A program made the translations under genes and the position numbers. Source: Patescibacteria group bacterium (lineage in GTDB: Bacteria; Patescibacteriota; Patescibacteriia; Patescibacteriales; UBA12465). From it: a stretch of DNA of 64,000 nt. The notes under the pieces were generated by a model. The model was not told the origin of the DNA and ran no database searches. It was given only the letters and a program-made list of their open reading frames with translations. Positions 1-12,154 of the stretch are shown one piece after another; position 1 is the first letter of the stretch, and each line of letters begins with the position of its first letter. The stretch is taken from positions 134,008 through 198,007 of the forward strand of contig JBAZKO010000001.1 of assembly GCA_041650775.1 (NCBI GenBank). Reading direction: 5' to 3'.

Positions 1-31
1 TAAAAAATAATTAACAAAAAACTCCCGGTAT

Positions 32-976
32 TTACGCTCTCCGTCGCGATTTCCGAATAATTTCTTGCGCTTCCGCCAAATTTTTAATCCAGTTTATCTT
101 CGTTCCCTGCTTCTCCCAGCGCCGGAACCAGGTTTTTTGCCGTTTGGCGAAACGATAAATCGCCGTGCTTAATTTCTCAACCATCTCCGGATAAGATAAC
201 TCTCCAAGCAGATGCGCGCTGGCAAATTTATATTCCAGACCGAACGATTTTAAGCGTTTCCAGGAAACGCCTTCCCGATTCAGTCTTTTTACTTCCGCGA
301 TCAGGCCTTCTTTTTCCAAACGATCCAACAATCGTTGCATTACCCGCGCGCGCAAGATATCATCCGGCCAGACAAGACCCAATAGTAAAAAATCATAGGG
401 CGATTCGTTGCGGCGCGGCGCGGTTAGACCGCCGCTTTTTATAATTTCCAGATAACGAACCAGGCGGCGGATATTATGACGGTCGCTATTGTTAATCCGG
501 GTCGCAAAATCCGGCTTGAGTTTTTTTATTTCCGCGAAGAGCGCGGCGGCCGATAACTTTTCCCAGACGGCGCGTTCCGCTAGTTTCGGCTTCGCCGCGG
601 TGAGCGAGTAATTATCCGCCAGCGCCTGTAAATATAGGCCACTACCGCCCACCACTAGTGGCAATTTCCCGCGCCGTAAAATATCGTTAATCGCTCGGAA
701 AGCCAGCTTTTGATATTTAGCCAAATCAAACCGGGTTTTCGGGCTGGCCACATCGATCAGATGATAAGGAATTCTCTGGCGGCCAAAATGATATTCGGCC
801 AAATCCTTACCCGTGCCGACATCCATGCCCCGATATACCTGGCGACTGTCGGCGCTGATAATTTCACCATTCAATGCCGCCGCCAATTTAACGCCCAGAG
901 CGGTCTTGCCGCTGGCGGTAGTGCCCAGAATCATCAAGACTAACGGCTTTTTATTGTGGATAACTTTATTTGGCAT
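32..976 (-). CDS. miaA: tRNA dimethylallyltransferase
   Basis: 314-aa ORF with P-loop GTTASGKT near the N-terminus. IPP-transferase-like motifs follow (SADSRQVYRGMDVGTGK, PYHLIDV). It sits next to miaB. Confidence 0.93.
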   Translation of the reverse strand: MPNKVIHNKKPLVLMILGTTASGKTALGVKLAAALNGEIISADSRQVYRGMDVGTGKDLAEYHFGRQRIPYHLIDVASPKTRFDLAKYQKLAFRAINDILRRGKLPLVVGGSGLYLQALADNYSLTAAKPKLAERAVWEKLSAAALFAEIKKLKPDFATRINNSDRHNIRRLVRYLEIIKSGGLTAPRRNESPYDFLLLGLVWPDDILRARVMQRLLDRLEKEGLIAEVKRLNREGVSWKRLKSFGLEYKFASAHLLGELSYPEMVEKLSTAIYRFAKRQKTWFRRWEKQGTKINWIKNLAEAQEIIRKSRRRA

Positions 977-1152
977 ATTGATTATCTATGGTATAATATT
1001 ATTACAGGCAGTTCTTTATATGTTTAATTAAAAACTGGAAAAAATGAAAAAACAAGTAATCTGGCAAAGGCAATTATCATTTCGAGCGACACAATGTGGT
1101 TTACAAGAAAGTCGCAAGTAACAAGGAATGGCTAAAAAAAAGTAAAAGTGGA

Positions 1153-1180
1153 AAGCCGGAAAAATAAAACCGGCTTTTTT
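1153..1180. terminator. stem-loop AAGCCGG-N10-CCGGCTT flanked by A/T runs (bidirectional intrinsic terminator)
   Basis: Inverted repeat read directly at 1153-1176 with a T-run on the plus strand. It lies immediately downstream of the miaB stop on the minus strand. Confidence 0.6.
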
Positions 1181-2522
1181 ATTTGATCAATTCCCCTTCC
1201 AAACCGAACGGCCTGGCTTTAGTAATTTTGACGGAAACGAACATTCCGTCGATTTTTTTCAAACTATTTGTTTTTCGACCGGAAGCCGGATTATTGATTA
1301 AGACCGTCTGATAAGCGCCGGTTTTGCCGTAATACTGGCCGCGCTTATTCTTCCCTTCCGCCAAGACGATAACCGTCCGGCCCAAACACCGTTCATTATA
1401 ATCAGTCGCGGTTTTTTTTAAAATCTCATTGATAAAATAGGCACGGCGTTTTTTCTCGGCCGGAGCGACATCATCCGCCAATCGATAAGCGGCGGTTCCG
1501 GGCCGCGGACTGTACTGGGAAATATAGGCCATAGAAAATCCGATATCTTTAAATAACTTTACCGTATTCCCGAATTGGCGACGGGTTTCGCCCGGGAAAC
1601 CGACAATCACATCAGTCGTAATCGCGATATCGGGCCGGACAGCGCGAACTTTCCTGATCAAATTTTTATAATGCGCGGCGCTATAACGGCGATTCATCGC
1701 TTTCAAAATCAGATTATCGCCGGACTGAACCGCCAGATGCAGATGATTACAGATTTTTTCCGAAGAGCCAATAACTTTAATCAGGCTGTCGCTCATATCT
1801 TTGGGGTGGCTGGAAGAAAACCGGATCCAAAACTTTCCCGGAATATTCGCTATCCGTTCTAATAACCTCGAAAAATCAACCAGCGCGCCGCCCGCGCCGG
1901 CGGCGTCCCGATAACTGTTAACGTTTTGCGCCACCAAAATAATTTCTTTATAGCCGGCTTTAACCAGAGCGCGCGCTTCTTTAACGATATCTTGCGCCGG
2001 CCGGTAAACTTCGCGACCGCGGGCGTAAGGCACAACGCAGTAGGAACAAAAATTATTACAGCCATTGCCGATAGGAATATAAGCGGTAAACCGGCTTTCA
2101 TGTTTTGGCAAAATACCCAGATATTTTTCGCCCTGAGACAGACGAATCGCCTCCAGACTGAAATACGGATTAAATTCTTCCCCGGCCAGAAGCTCCGGAA
2201 GTTTCAGCATCTCGCTGATTGGCAAAAAGATATCCGCTCGTCCCTTCAGACGCCTCTGAACGTCTTCGCGCCGGCTCAAACAGCCGGCGATAACAATTTT
2301 CGCCGCCGGGTTATGCTTGCGGATCTGATTGGCCAGACCATAAGCCCGGTCTTCAGCCGGTTGCCGGATGCCGCAGGTATTGATAATAACCGCGCCCGCT
2401 TTCTTGAAATTCGCTACCGCTTTAAAACCGTGGCTCTCCAAAAAAGCGGCCAGCCGTTCGCTGTCCACTTGATTCATCTGACAACCGATAGTAATTATAT
2501 TGTACGTTTTTACAGTTTTCAT
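1179..2522 (-). CDS. miaB: radical-SAM tRNA methylthiotransferase (MiaB family)
   Basis: 447-aa ORF. N-terminal UPF0004-like segment (ITIGCQMNQVDSE), radical-SAM cluster motif CNNFCSYCVVP, and a C-terminal TRAM-like tail. Confidence 0.88.
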   Translation of the reverse strand: MKTVKTYNIITIGCQMNQVDSERLAAFLESHGFKAVANFKKAGAVIINTCGIRQPAEDRAYGLANQIRKHNPAAKIVIAGCLSRREDVQRRLKGRADIFLPISEMLKLPELLAGEEFNPYFSLEAIRLSQGEKYLGILPKHESRFTAYIPIGNGCNNFCSYCVVPYARGREVYRPAQDIVKEARALVKAGYKEIILVAQNVNSYRDAAGAGGALVDFSRLLERIANIPGKFWIRFSSSHPKDMSDSLIKVIGSSEKICNHLHLAVQSGDNLILKAMNRRYSAAHYKNLIRKVRAVRPDIAITTDVIVGFPGETRRQFGNTVKLFKDIGFSMAYISQYSPRPGTAAYRLADDVAPAEKKRRAYFINEILKKTATDYNERCLGRTVIVLAEGKNKRGQYYGKTGAYQTVLINNPASGRKTNSLKKIDGMFVSVKITKARPFGLEGELIK

Positions 2523-2587
2523 AAAACGCGTAACGGCCGATTACCAAATCGGACACCGGTCTGGCCAATATCAAAATTGTCCCTGTT

Positions 2588-4348
2588 CTATTCCGATAAT
2601 CTTTCGATTTTATACAAACCGAACTTGGCGCTGGTTTTTCTGACTAATCTCAGTTTCAGCTTATAAGAAGATAATTTCCGTTCGTTAAGATAAACGACAT
2701 CGGCGTCATTCAGATAAAAATTATAATAATAGACCGGGTAATGTTTGCTTAATTTGGCGGCCGCCGTTAAAATTTCGTCGTTGGAAACAACACCCATAAT
2801 AACGCGGCGTTCGGGCCAAAAAAACTTATCGTGATAACGGGTGATGATAACCGCCGCCGGTTCGGTCATCGCCCACACCATTTCGGTATTGGCTCTTTCC
2901 GACTGGTTATTATAATACAGGTAAACCAAACCTTCCTCCGAACCAAAAAGGACGAAATTCAAAGACAAATAAGCGAAAACCAAAACAGCGGAAAACTGCA
3001 AACCAGTAGCGATTATTTTCCTGATTCGCGATACCGTTTCCGGACCGATAAGCAAAATCGCCCGGCTGACGCGCACTAAGGCTAAAGATGAGAGCGGAAT
3101 AAGCCATAAATAAATCGGCAACCAATAACGGGTATAGGAATTCCCGATGGTAAACCGCGTCAAATCAGGATTATCGTTAAATTTCCAACTGCCATAATAA
3201 AAAATCAGAAAAGCGCTAACAATCAAGCCGGACAGAAGATAAACCAGATACTTTTTTTTCCGCTGGCGGCAATATTTGACCGCTAATAACAACCAACCGC
3301 TTAAACCGGCGACGGAAAGAACCGAAAACATCTCCCAGATATAACGCCGGGACATTTCCAACGATTGGCTGTAATTAAAGCCAAAATAAAAAATATTGTG
3401 AAAAATCTGACTAAGGTAATGATAGTAGTAGCCAAACTGGCCGGTCCAAGTGAATCTTAACAAGTTGCCGCCGGTATTGACAATATCGTCAATCGACCGG
3501 TTCATTTCGTTATAACCGCCATGCCAAAAAGAACCGTATAAAATTTGGTTATAATAAGCGACCGGAACTAAAGCGAGGAACAAACCGGAAAAGAAAATAA
3601 TTAATTTCGTCGCGCCCAAACGGCGAGCGTAAAATAACCAAATTAAAAACCAGGCCGGCGCAAGCCATAATAGTTCCGAAGTGCGCGTTATCAAAGCCAA
3701 GCCGGCGAATAAGCCACTACCGAACGTAGCTAAAAATTCCAGCCATAAATGTCTCTTTAAAGTCCAGGCGACAAAAGGCCGGTCAGCTTTATCCCGCTTC
3801 GGTCCGAGCGCCAGGATGAAAAGATAGACAGCGGCCAGAAGCAAAAAGATAAATAGTATGTTATGGAACATCGACCGGGTCGTATAATAAATATAAACCG
3901 GAAATAAAGCCAAAATAAAAGCTGACCACAAGCCGACGCGGTTACCGAATATCCGCCGGACGATCAAATAAAAAAGAATTAAACCGACGGCGGCGAAAAA
4001 GGGCGTCAAGAAAGGGATAATCGCCAAGCCGAAAACGGCGGCCAGACTGCCGTAAATCAGAATGATTCCCAGGAAGCTAACCGGTTTAATCCAACCGGAA
4101 TCCGTGCGGACGCTCCGGGGCATAACCATATTATCACCGATGACGTTAGCCGGGTCAAAAAAAGCCAGCTGGCCGGTCGTGCTAAATTTTTTGGCAAAAA
4201 AATAATTAGCAGTTTCATCCGGCGACGACCACTTAACATAGTCCTTATCCTGTGATTGGTAATTAAAACTGGCGGTCGCGATAAAAAAAACCACCGCCAG
4301 CAGGCCGATTAACAATAAATTTATCTTTTTTTCTTTAATTATTTCCAT
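2588..4348 (-). CDS. polytopic GT-C-type glycosyltransferase (family 39 / ArnT / PMT-like)
   Basis: The long ORF opens with TTG at 4384; the first ATG is at 4348. It has many hydrophobic helices, an acidic SSPDE motif in the first extracytoplasmic loop as in ArnT/PMT-type enzymes, and a soluble C-terminal domain. Confidence 0.6.
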   Translation of the reverse strand: MEIIKEKKINLLLIGLLAVVFFIATASFNYQSQDKDYVKWSSPDETANYFFAKKFSTTGQLAFFDPANVIGDNMVMPRSVRTDSGWIKPVSFLGIILIYGSLAAVFGLAIIPFLTPFFAAVGLILFYLIVRRIFGNRVGLWSAFILALFPVYIYYTTRSMFHNILFIFLLLAAVYLFILALGPKRDKADRPFVAWTLKRHLWLEFLATFGSGLFAGLALITRTSELLWLAPAWFLIWLFYARRLGATKLIIFFSGLFLALVPVAYYNQILYGSFWHGGYNEMNRSIDDIVNTGGNLLRFTWTGQFGYYYHYLSQIFHNIFYFGFNYSQSLEMSRRYIWEMFSVLSVAGLSGWLLLAVKYCRQRKKKYLVYLLSGLIVSAFLIFYYGSWKFNDNPDLTRFTIGNSYTRYWLPIYLWLIPLSSLALVRVSRAILLIGPETVSRIRKIIATGLQFSAVLVFAYLSLNFVLFGSEEGLVYLYYNNQSERANTEMVWAMTEPAAVIITRYHDKFFWPERRVIMGVVSNDEILTAAAKLSKHYPVYYYNFYLNDADVVYLNERKLSSYKLKLRLVRKTSAKFGLYKIERLSE

Positions 4349-4407
4349 TACTCTAATGTTATCCGAAATTGCCAATTTTAGCAAGAATTTGTTATCATTA
4401 AGGTATT

Positions 4408-6435
4408 ATGAACAGATCAAAAACAAGTTGGCCTAAAATCGCCGAAAATATCAATAATCGGATGTTACTGCTTATATCTCTAACGGCCGTATTCGGGGCG
4501 GGAATCTACTATTTCTACTCTTTAAACCAGCGTGGAATTATCTTGTCTTTGATTTTAATTGTCGCCGGTTTTTATTTTTTTAAAAACCGACCGGGAATAT
4601 TCGGTCAAACCGTTAAAAATACTCCTGCGAAAAAAATCGCGACCGACACGGAAAACGAAAAAAAACCGGGGGCGGTCAATAAAAAAAATATCCTCCTAAT
4701 CTTAGGCTATACCGTATTTTATTCACTCCTGTTTTTCCGGCTTTGGTCCAGCCAGAGCGAACGCGCCTTGATTTCCCCTTGGGAGGTAGTAAATTATTCT
4801 TTTTTTTGGTTCTATGGCCTAAGTTCTCTGATTTTGATCTTCATTCTGATAAATAAAGAGATTGGCGGCGGTCTCAAAAAAATCTTTCTTTCCCTGCATT
4901 TTTTCCTGTCCTTCGCTGTCGCGATAATCATTTATAAAATCGGCTACGGTTACGATCCTTTCGTCCATCAAGCAACGATGGAGCTAATCGCGGCCAAAGG
5001 GTTAGTTCTGCCCAAACCGCCCTATTATTTGGGTGAATACAGTTTAATTGTCATAATACATAAAATCAGCGGATTATCTATTTACTGTTTGAATAAACTC
5101 CTGGTTCCCGGTTTGGCCGCCTTATTCCTACCGACAGCTCTTTTCCGATTCTTCAAAAATGTTCACGCGAAAGAAGCGGACAACCCGGCCGTTTCTTCAG
5201 CTTCCTTCTTGGCAATCTTATTTCTATTAATTCTGACTTTCTCTCCTTTTATTGTCACTACGCCGCAAAATCTCAGCTATTTATTCCTAATTTTAACTGT
5301 GCTGGCCGGTTTTAGCCGTGCCAGTCTGCCGGAAATACTCATACTGGCGGTCGCGACCGCGGCAATTCATCCTTTAACCGGCTTGCCAGCTCTGGGCTGG
5401 ACCGTCTGGCTGGTCTTTAAAAAATACCAAACAGCGCTGGCGCCAGTTTGGCAAAAAATCATCAAGTTCGCGATTTTTCTGTTCACGGCTCTGGCTCTGC
5501 CGTTCGCTCTGTTTTTTACCGGGGGGGGCGGTCTGAAAAAAATTGACGGCGGTTCATTATTGGAACCGATAAAAAGCCTTTTCGCCGGTCTTAGCCTGGC
5601 TGGACGGGAAGATTGGCTCCTGAATTTCGTTTATTTTTTTGCCACTAACTATAATCTATTGCTGATAATCGCCATCGGCGGCGGCTTATGGTATTTTTAC
5701 GGACGCCGCTGGAGAGATAAAATAACCGACGAAGATCGTGGCCTTTTTAACGGCCTAATTTTTATTAATCTTTCTCTGCTGATCGCCTATTTACTGAGCG
5801 GTCGAATTCTTTTTAATGATTTAATCAGCTACGAACAAGCCGGCTATGCCAGCCGAATACTGATAATCATGGTTATTTTTTTCCTGCCTTTTATTCTGGT
5901 AGCACTCCGGGGATTAATCCTAAAAATACGCCGCGCTGATCCGGCGATACGGACAAGCTGGCTGATTTTTGGCATCAGCCTTTTGACCGCCAGTCTTTAC
6001 GTTTCTTATCCCCGCTTCGATAAATATTTTAATTCGCGCGGTTATAGCACCAGTCAGAACGATATCGCCGCCGTTCTGGCAGTCGACCGCGCCGCCGGCG
6101 GTCCTTATATCGCGTTGGCTAACCAACCGGTGAGCGCCGCCGCCCTTCAATCATTCGGTTTTGATCATTACTATCAAGGATCAAACGGACAAATATATTT
6201 TTATCCGATTCCGACCGGCGGAGCGTTATACCAGTATTATCTTGAGATGGTTTACAAAAACCCCGACCGCCAAACCATGTTGAAAGCTTTGGACTTAGTC
6301 GGGGTCGATGAAGGCTACCTGATTGTCAACAAATATTGGTATCAGAGCGGCCGAGTAATAAACGAAGCGAAACTAACGGCCGACGATTGGCAAACGATAA
6401 ACAATGAAATTTATATTTTTCAATACGAGCGTTAA
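4408..6435 (+). CDS. large polytopic membrane protein with C-terminal soluble domain (possibly another GT-C-like enzyme)
   Basis: 675-aa ORF divergent from the previous gene. More than 10 hydrophobic segments, with a GYGYDPF loop after the early helices. No family assigned with certainty. Confidence 0.4.
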   Translation: MNRSKTSWPKIAENINNRMLLLISLTAVFGAGIYYFYSLNQRGIILSLILIVAGFYFFKNRPGIFGQTVKNTPAKKIATDTENEKKPGAVNKKNILLILGYTVFYSLLFFRLWSSQSERALISPWEVVNYSFFWFYGLSSLILIFILINKEIGGGLKKIFLSLHFFLSFAVAIIIYKIGYGYDPFVHQATMELIAAKGLVLPKPPYYLGEYSLIVIIHKISGLSIYCLNKLLVPGLAALFLPTALFRFFKNVHAKEADNPAVSSASFLAILFLLILTFSPFIVTTPQNLSYLFLILTVLAGFSRASLPEILILAVATAAIHPLTGLPALGWTVWLVFKKYQTALAPVWQKIIKFAIFLFTALALPFALFFTGGGGLKKIDGGSLLEPIKSLFAGLSLAGREDWLLNFVYFFATNYNLLLIIAIGGGLWYFYGRRWRDKITDEDRGLFNGLIFINLSLLIAYLLSGRILFNDLISYEQAGYASRILIIMVIFFLPFILVALRGLILKIRRADPAIRTSWLIFGISLLTASLYVSYPRFDKYFNSRGYSTSQNDIAAVLAVDRAAGGPYIALANQPVSAAALQSFGFDHYYQGSNGQIYFYPIPTGGALYQYYLEMVYKNPDRQTMLKALDLVGVDEGYLIVNKYWYQSGRVINEAKLTADDWQTINNEIYIFQYER

Positions 6436-6452
6436 CAGCGGGTATCCTCAAT

Positions 6453-8831
6453 TTACCGGCTTTCCTGATAATCCCAAACCGGACCGATGGAAAAAATCTT
6501 ATTATTTCCTTCCTGATGAGTCAGCACCAACAATTTCAACCGGCTCAAATCTTCTCTGAGACCGGTTTTTTGAACCGCCGAGCGCAGATCCAATTGTTTG
6601 ACGGCCGGCGTGGCCGGATCGGTTTTCAACTGTTTGATAAAATCGGCGACCAGTTCATTATCGGCGGCGGCCAGAGTCTCTCCGGTCAATTCTTTTATTA
6701 TTATCTGCTTCAACGCTCCCAGGCTGACGGAAAAATTTTTTATCTCCTGCCACGCCGGACGCACTTCCGTTTCCAGCCGCAAAGCGGAAAACATTCCTAT
6801 AATCATATCACTGTCGGCCATTAATTCATTAATCAGGCTAAGATTCGGTTCGACGTAAGAATTTTCGTTCCAACGGGAGAAATTATTAAAATTTTGTCCA
6901 CTAAAAGGCTGACTAACCTCATATTTTTCCAATGGCAGTTGAAGATTGATCCAGGCGCCGACCGCGGTCGCCAAAGATTTGTCTTGCCAGGCGGACGAGT
7001 GCGCGAAAACCGGCCACGCGCTTTTGTTCGCCTCCAAAGAAATCTTAAGTAAGTTCAAATTCGACCAATAATTCGATAGGTGCCAAACCTGGTTTTTATT
7101 CAATTCGTCCCGCAGACGAGCCGCTTCCCGTTCATAATTAGAGTAGTTGGTATTCTCTTCAAAATAAGCATTGTCGCTCAGCGGGTAAATCAAACCGATT
7201 ACATCCAAAGCGAAGCCGTTGCAACGGCTGACGGTCTTTTTCACGGAACAAGCCGTAACGTTATTGGCTTTAGTGCTGGTTCCTAGGTAGGTATCTACGG
7301 CCGGAACCGTCAAACGGCTAAAAAGGTAATCATTAGGCCAATACGGCTCGGCCAACATCTTAAAACCTAATCTAGCTCTTAGCGCCAAATCGTTTTTCGC
7401 CAGGCCGCCGGAAATCTCGGGGAATTCATAAGCCAATAATTTAACGCGCAATTTTTCCAAATTTCCAGCCGCCGCTTTATTTTGATCACCGAATAATTCC
7501 TCAATCTTGTAATCCGGACCGAAAAGTTCGTTTAAAGAATCACGATAATGGACATAATTCAAATCATCCCGCAAGCCCTTAAAAAAAGACATGACTTTAT
7601 AAATCCGCGCCCATTTATTCTTCAACTCCGACAAAGAAGAAAAATCCTGGGCAATCAGACTGACAGCCGTTAAATTTATCCGCCAGTCGGCGGCGTCCAG
7701 CAAACAATCAGGACAATTCTTATCGCGATAATTGAGCGGCCAGACCGAATTCAACCATTTAGTCGTCAAATAAAAATTGTTCAATTTGGCGTTGGAGCGG
7801 TAATCGGCCGGCACGGTAAAATCTTTATAGTTCCGGTTATACAATAAAACCGGAGATTTTGCCTGATCTTTCGCTCCTTCCCGAATAAGCTTCTCTTCCG
7901 CCAGAACATCATCCCGCAGATAAGGCGGAACCGTAAAGTAAAAACGTTCCCCCTCGGACGCGGAGAACCGGTCTTTTTCAGTCGTTCCCGAAGCGGAAAT
8001 TTGGTTGATGGCCGGTTTTAAAAGATTGAGCGCGACCGCAAAAAAAGCGGTTTCCAGCCTTTCACCTTCCAGAATGGAATCATTAACATTGCCGATAGAC
8101 GCCAAACGGGCCTCATAACGATTTTTCGCGGCCGTATAAAGCTCTTTGTTTATTTCCCAGAGGTTATCATAAAAGACATTTTCTTCCGTGTCTTTGAAAA
8201 TTTTTTTTAAAATATTTTGATAATAATAAACCAAAAAATCGGAAGTGATTAAGATTGGAACCTGTTTATTATCCAACTGGCCGTAGAGCGAATAAAAATC
8301 CGGCGCTTCTTTCGGCCAAGGATTGTCAACTAACGCGAAACCGTAATTACTCAGGCTCTCCAGACCGGGATCAAGATTTAACTTGCGGGAAACGTCGTAA
8401 TAATTCATGACGTCTATCTTAACATTCAAAGGCAATTTATAATCATTTATTTGGGGCGTGAACTGATTATTCGGCGCCTTATAAAAATCGGCGAACGATA
8501 AATATTCAATGGCCAGGCCGGATAAATCCGTCCCCGTGGTTGTCGCTGTTTCCGTTTGCTCTGATCCGGGTAGGATTGCCGGAGTTTCCGTTGCCGGCGT
8601 ATTAGTGGCGGCCGGAATCAAATCAGCGCCGGTTGAAGACGGCTGATTTTTAACTGGCCAATATTTTTTAACCGCGAAAAAAAGGCCGAGAGCCAAAAGA
8701 ATGACCGCTCCGGCCAAAGCGGCAATCAGCAAAATTTTTTTCAGCGAAAAACGGGGTGGTTCCGGAACGCCACCGGAATCGTCGGTTGGCTCAAGTTCGG
8801 ACGATAAAATCATCGGCTGTTCGTTGAACAT
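6453..8831 (-). CDS. N-terminally membrane-anchored extracytoplasmic protein, unknown function
   Basis: 792-aa ORF with ATG at 8831. One TM helix (ILLIAALAGAVILLALGLFFAV), then a Thr/Pro-rich linker, then a large soluble domain. Its start is 1 nt from the mltG stop. Confidence 0.5.
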   Translation of the reverse strand: MFNEQPMILSSELEPTDDSGGVPEPPRFSLKKILLIAALAGAVILLALGLFFAVKKYWPVKNQPSSTGADLIPAATNTPATETPAILPGSEQTETATTTGTDLSGLAIEYLSFADFYKAPNNQFTPQINDYKLPLNVKIDVMNYYDVSRKLNLDPGLESLSNYGFALVDNPWPKEAPDFYSLYGQLDNKQVPILITSDFLVYYYQNILKKIFKDTEENVFYDNLWEINKELYTAAKNRYEARLASIGNVNDSILEGERLETAFFAVALNLLKPAINQISASGTTEKDRFSASEGERFYFTVPPYLRDDVLAEEKLIREGAKDQAKSPVLLYNRNYKDFTVPADYRSNAKLNNFYLTTKWLNSVWPLNYRDKNCPDCLLDAADWRINLTAVSLIAQDFSSLSELKNKWARIYKVMSFFKGLRDDLNYVHYRDSLNELFGPDYKIEELFGDQNKAAAGNLEKLRVKLLAYEFPEISGGLAKNDLALRARLGFKMLAEPYWPNDYLFSRLTVPAVDTYLGTSTKANNVTACSVKKTVSRCNGFALDVIGLIYPLSDNAYFEENTNYSNYEREAARLRDELNKNQVWHLSNYWSNLNLLKISLEANKSAWPVFAHSSAWQDKSLATAVGAWINLQLPLEKYEVSQPFSGQNFNNFSRWNENSYVEPNLSLINELMADSDMIIGMFSALRLETEVRPAWQEIKNFSVSLGALKQIIIKELTGETLAAADNELVADFIKQLKTDPATPAVKQLDLRSAVQKTGLREDLSRLKLLVLTHQEGNNKIFSIGPVWDYQESR

Positions 8832-8832
8832 A

Positions 8833-9780
8833 TTATCTTAAATATTGATTCTTATTTTTATTGTGCTCTTCATTAGTATGGGCGTAAATAACTTCATCCT
8901 TTCCTTTCGGCGTCAAAAAATAATAATAATCGGTGGCGAGCGGATATATCGCCGCTTTAATCGCTAAGATTCCGGGATTGCAAATCGGACCAGGCGGCAA
9001 ACCACGATATTTATAAGTATTATAAGGCGAATCAATCACCAAATCTTTCCCGCTGTGTTGCGGCTGATTGTCGTTCAAAATATAAGACAAAGTCGCGTCT
9101 GATTGCAAAGCCTGACCGATTTTCAAACGATTCCAAAAAATACCGCTGATAATCCGAGCGTCGCGATTATCCGTCTTTTGATAATCAATCGGCGCTTCTT
9201 TTTCGATAATCGAGGCCATCGTGATTATCTGGTAAATAGTCTTGCCTTGTTTTTTGATATCCGCTCTCATCGCCGGCGTCAATTTCTTATCGAAATTATC
9301 CAGCATTTTTTCGACCACTTCTTCCGCGGTCGAGTCGGCGTAAATGCGGTAAGTGTCCGGAAACAAGTATCCTTCCAGGCCGTAATATTTCGGCTTATCG
9401 ACTAAAAAAGAAAATCGGGCGGAAAAATCGGGCGGCCAATCTTTATTTTTATCATAACGATAATCGACTTGCGGCTGACCGACAACCCTGAAGAATTCCT
9501 CATTCGGCCATCGGTTCTGACGGACGAAATACTGTTCGATATCATTATCGGTCCAACCTTCCAAAATCTGAATAGTATCTTCCGTTTTGACGACGGCTAC
9601 CGGCGGCGCGGGCTGACGGGTAAACTTATCGATAATCTTGGTGACAAAAGCCGGAAAATTTTTTTCGTGGTCAACAATCAAATTTTGATAAAGGCAACGG
9701 ATATAAAAAAGCCCGATAATAAGCGCCGTGGCCAACAAAATCACGGCGGTGATTAAAAAATATTTTATCAGTCGTTTCAT
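8833..9780 (-). CDS. mltG: endolytic murein transglycosylase MltG (YceG-like)
   Basis: The YceG-type core includes ITMASIIEKEA and PPGPICNPG. I place the start at the internal ATG 9780 (MKRLIKYF... TM anchor). The longer ORF to 9912 would overlap the upstream gene, which ends at 9783. Confidence 0.85.
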   Translation of the reverse strand: MKRLIKYFLITAVILLATALIIGLFYIRCLYQNLIVDHEKNFPAFVTKIIDKFTRQPAPPVAVVKTEDTIQILEGWTDNDIEQYFVRQNRWPNEEFFRVVGQPQVDYRYDKNKDWPPDFSARFSFLVDKPKYYGLEGYLFPDTYRIYADSTAEEVVEKMLDNFDKKLTPAMRADIKKQGKTIYQIITMASIIEKEAPIDYQKTDNRDARIISGIFWNRLKIGQALQSDATLSYILNDNQPQHSGKDLVIDSPYNTYKYRGLPPGPICNPGILAIKAAIYPLATDYYYFLTPKGKDEVIYAHTNEEHNKNKNQYLR

Positions 9781-9782
9781 AG

Positions 9783-10244
9783 TTATTTGGTTGGTTTGGA
9801 CGCCAACCGGGAAGTTAAAATCTTTAAGCCCGCCGCGCGGGCAATCAATTTTGAACTGGCGCGGATTTTTTTGCCCAAACCGTCGACCATTTTTATTTTT
9901 AATTTCTGACAAACCGGATATTCCGGCACGTCACCCAAACTTTTCCGGTCACCGCCATTGGCAAAAATATCAGGATGAATTTTAGCCAGAGAGCGGCAGA
10001 CAGTTTGATCATTGTCGATTGACAAGAAAACCTCATCCACATCGCGCAAGGCTTTGATTATTTTTAGACGATCGGCCTGCGACATAAAAGAAACGCTACC
10101 CTTCGCAGTCACCTGACGATCATTATTAACGATAACCACTAACTTATCGCCCATTTTTTTCGCCCGGGAAATTAGTTCCAGATGACCGACGTGAAGCGGG
10201 TTAAAATAGCCGGAAACGGCGACAACAACAAATTTTTTAGACAT
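9783..10244 (-). CDS. small cytidylyltransferase-like nucleotidyltransferase (TagD / RfaE-domain-II / RibL-like)
   Basis: 153 aa with N-terminal GYFNPLHVGHLELI, the HxGH nucleotidyltransferase motif. Confidence 0.7.
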   Translation of the reverse strand: MSKKFVVVAVSGYFNPLHVGHLELISRAKKMGDKLVVIVNNDRQVTAKGSVSFMSQADRLKIIKALRDVDEVFLSIDNDQTVCRSLAKIHPDIFANGGDRKSLGDVPEYPVCQKLKIKMVDGLGKKIRASSKLIARAAGLKILTSRLASKPTK

Positions 10245-10295
10245 AAAAAATAATAAAATCAGATAAATATATTATAGCAAATCCGGGGGAAAATT

Positions 10296-10324
10296 AAAAT
10301 AAAAAACCGGCGTTGACACCGGTT
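10296..10324 (-). terminator. intrinsic terminator after groEL
   Basis: On the minus strand: AACCGG-N8-CCGGTT followed by TTTTTTATTTT. It lies about 27 nt after the groEL stop. Confidence 0.75.
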
Positions 10325-10350
10325 CTCTATCTTTCAGCAACAATTAAAAA

Positions 10351-12130
<1,780 letters not shown>

Positions 12131-12154
12131 ACCCAGCTTATTTTAAAAATATAT

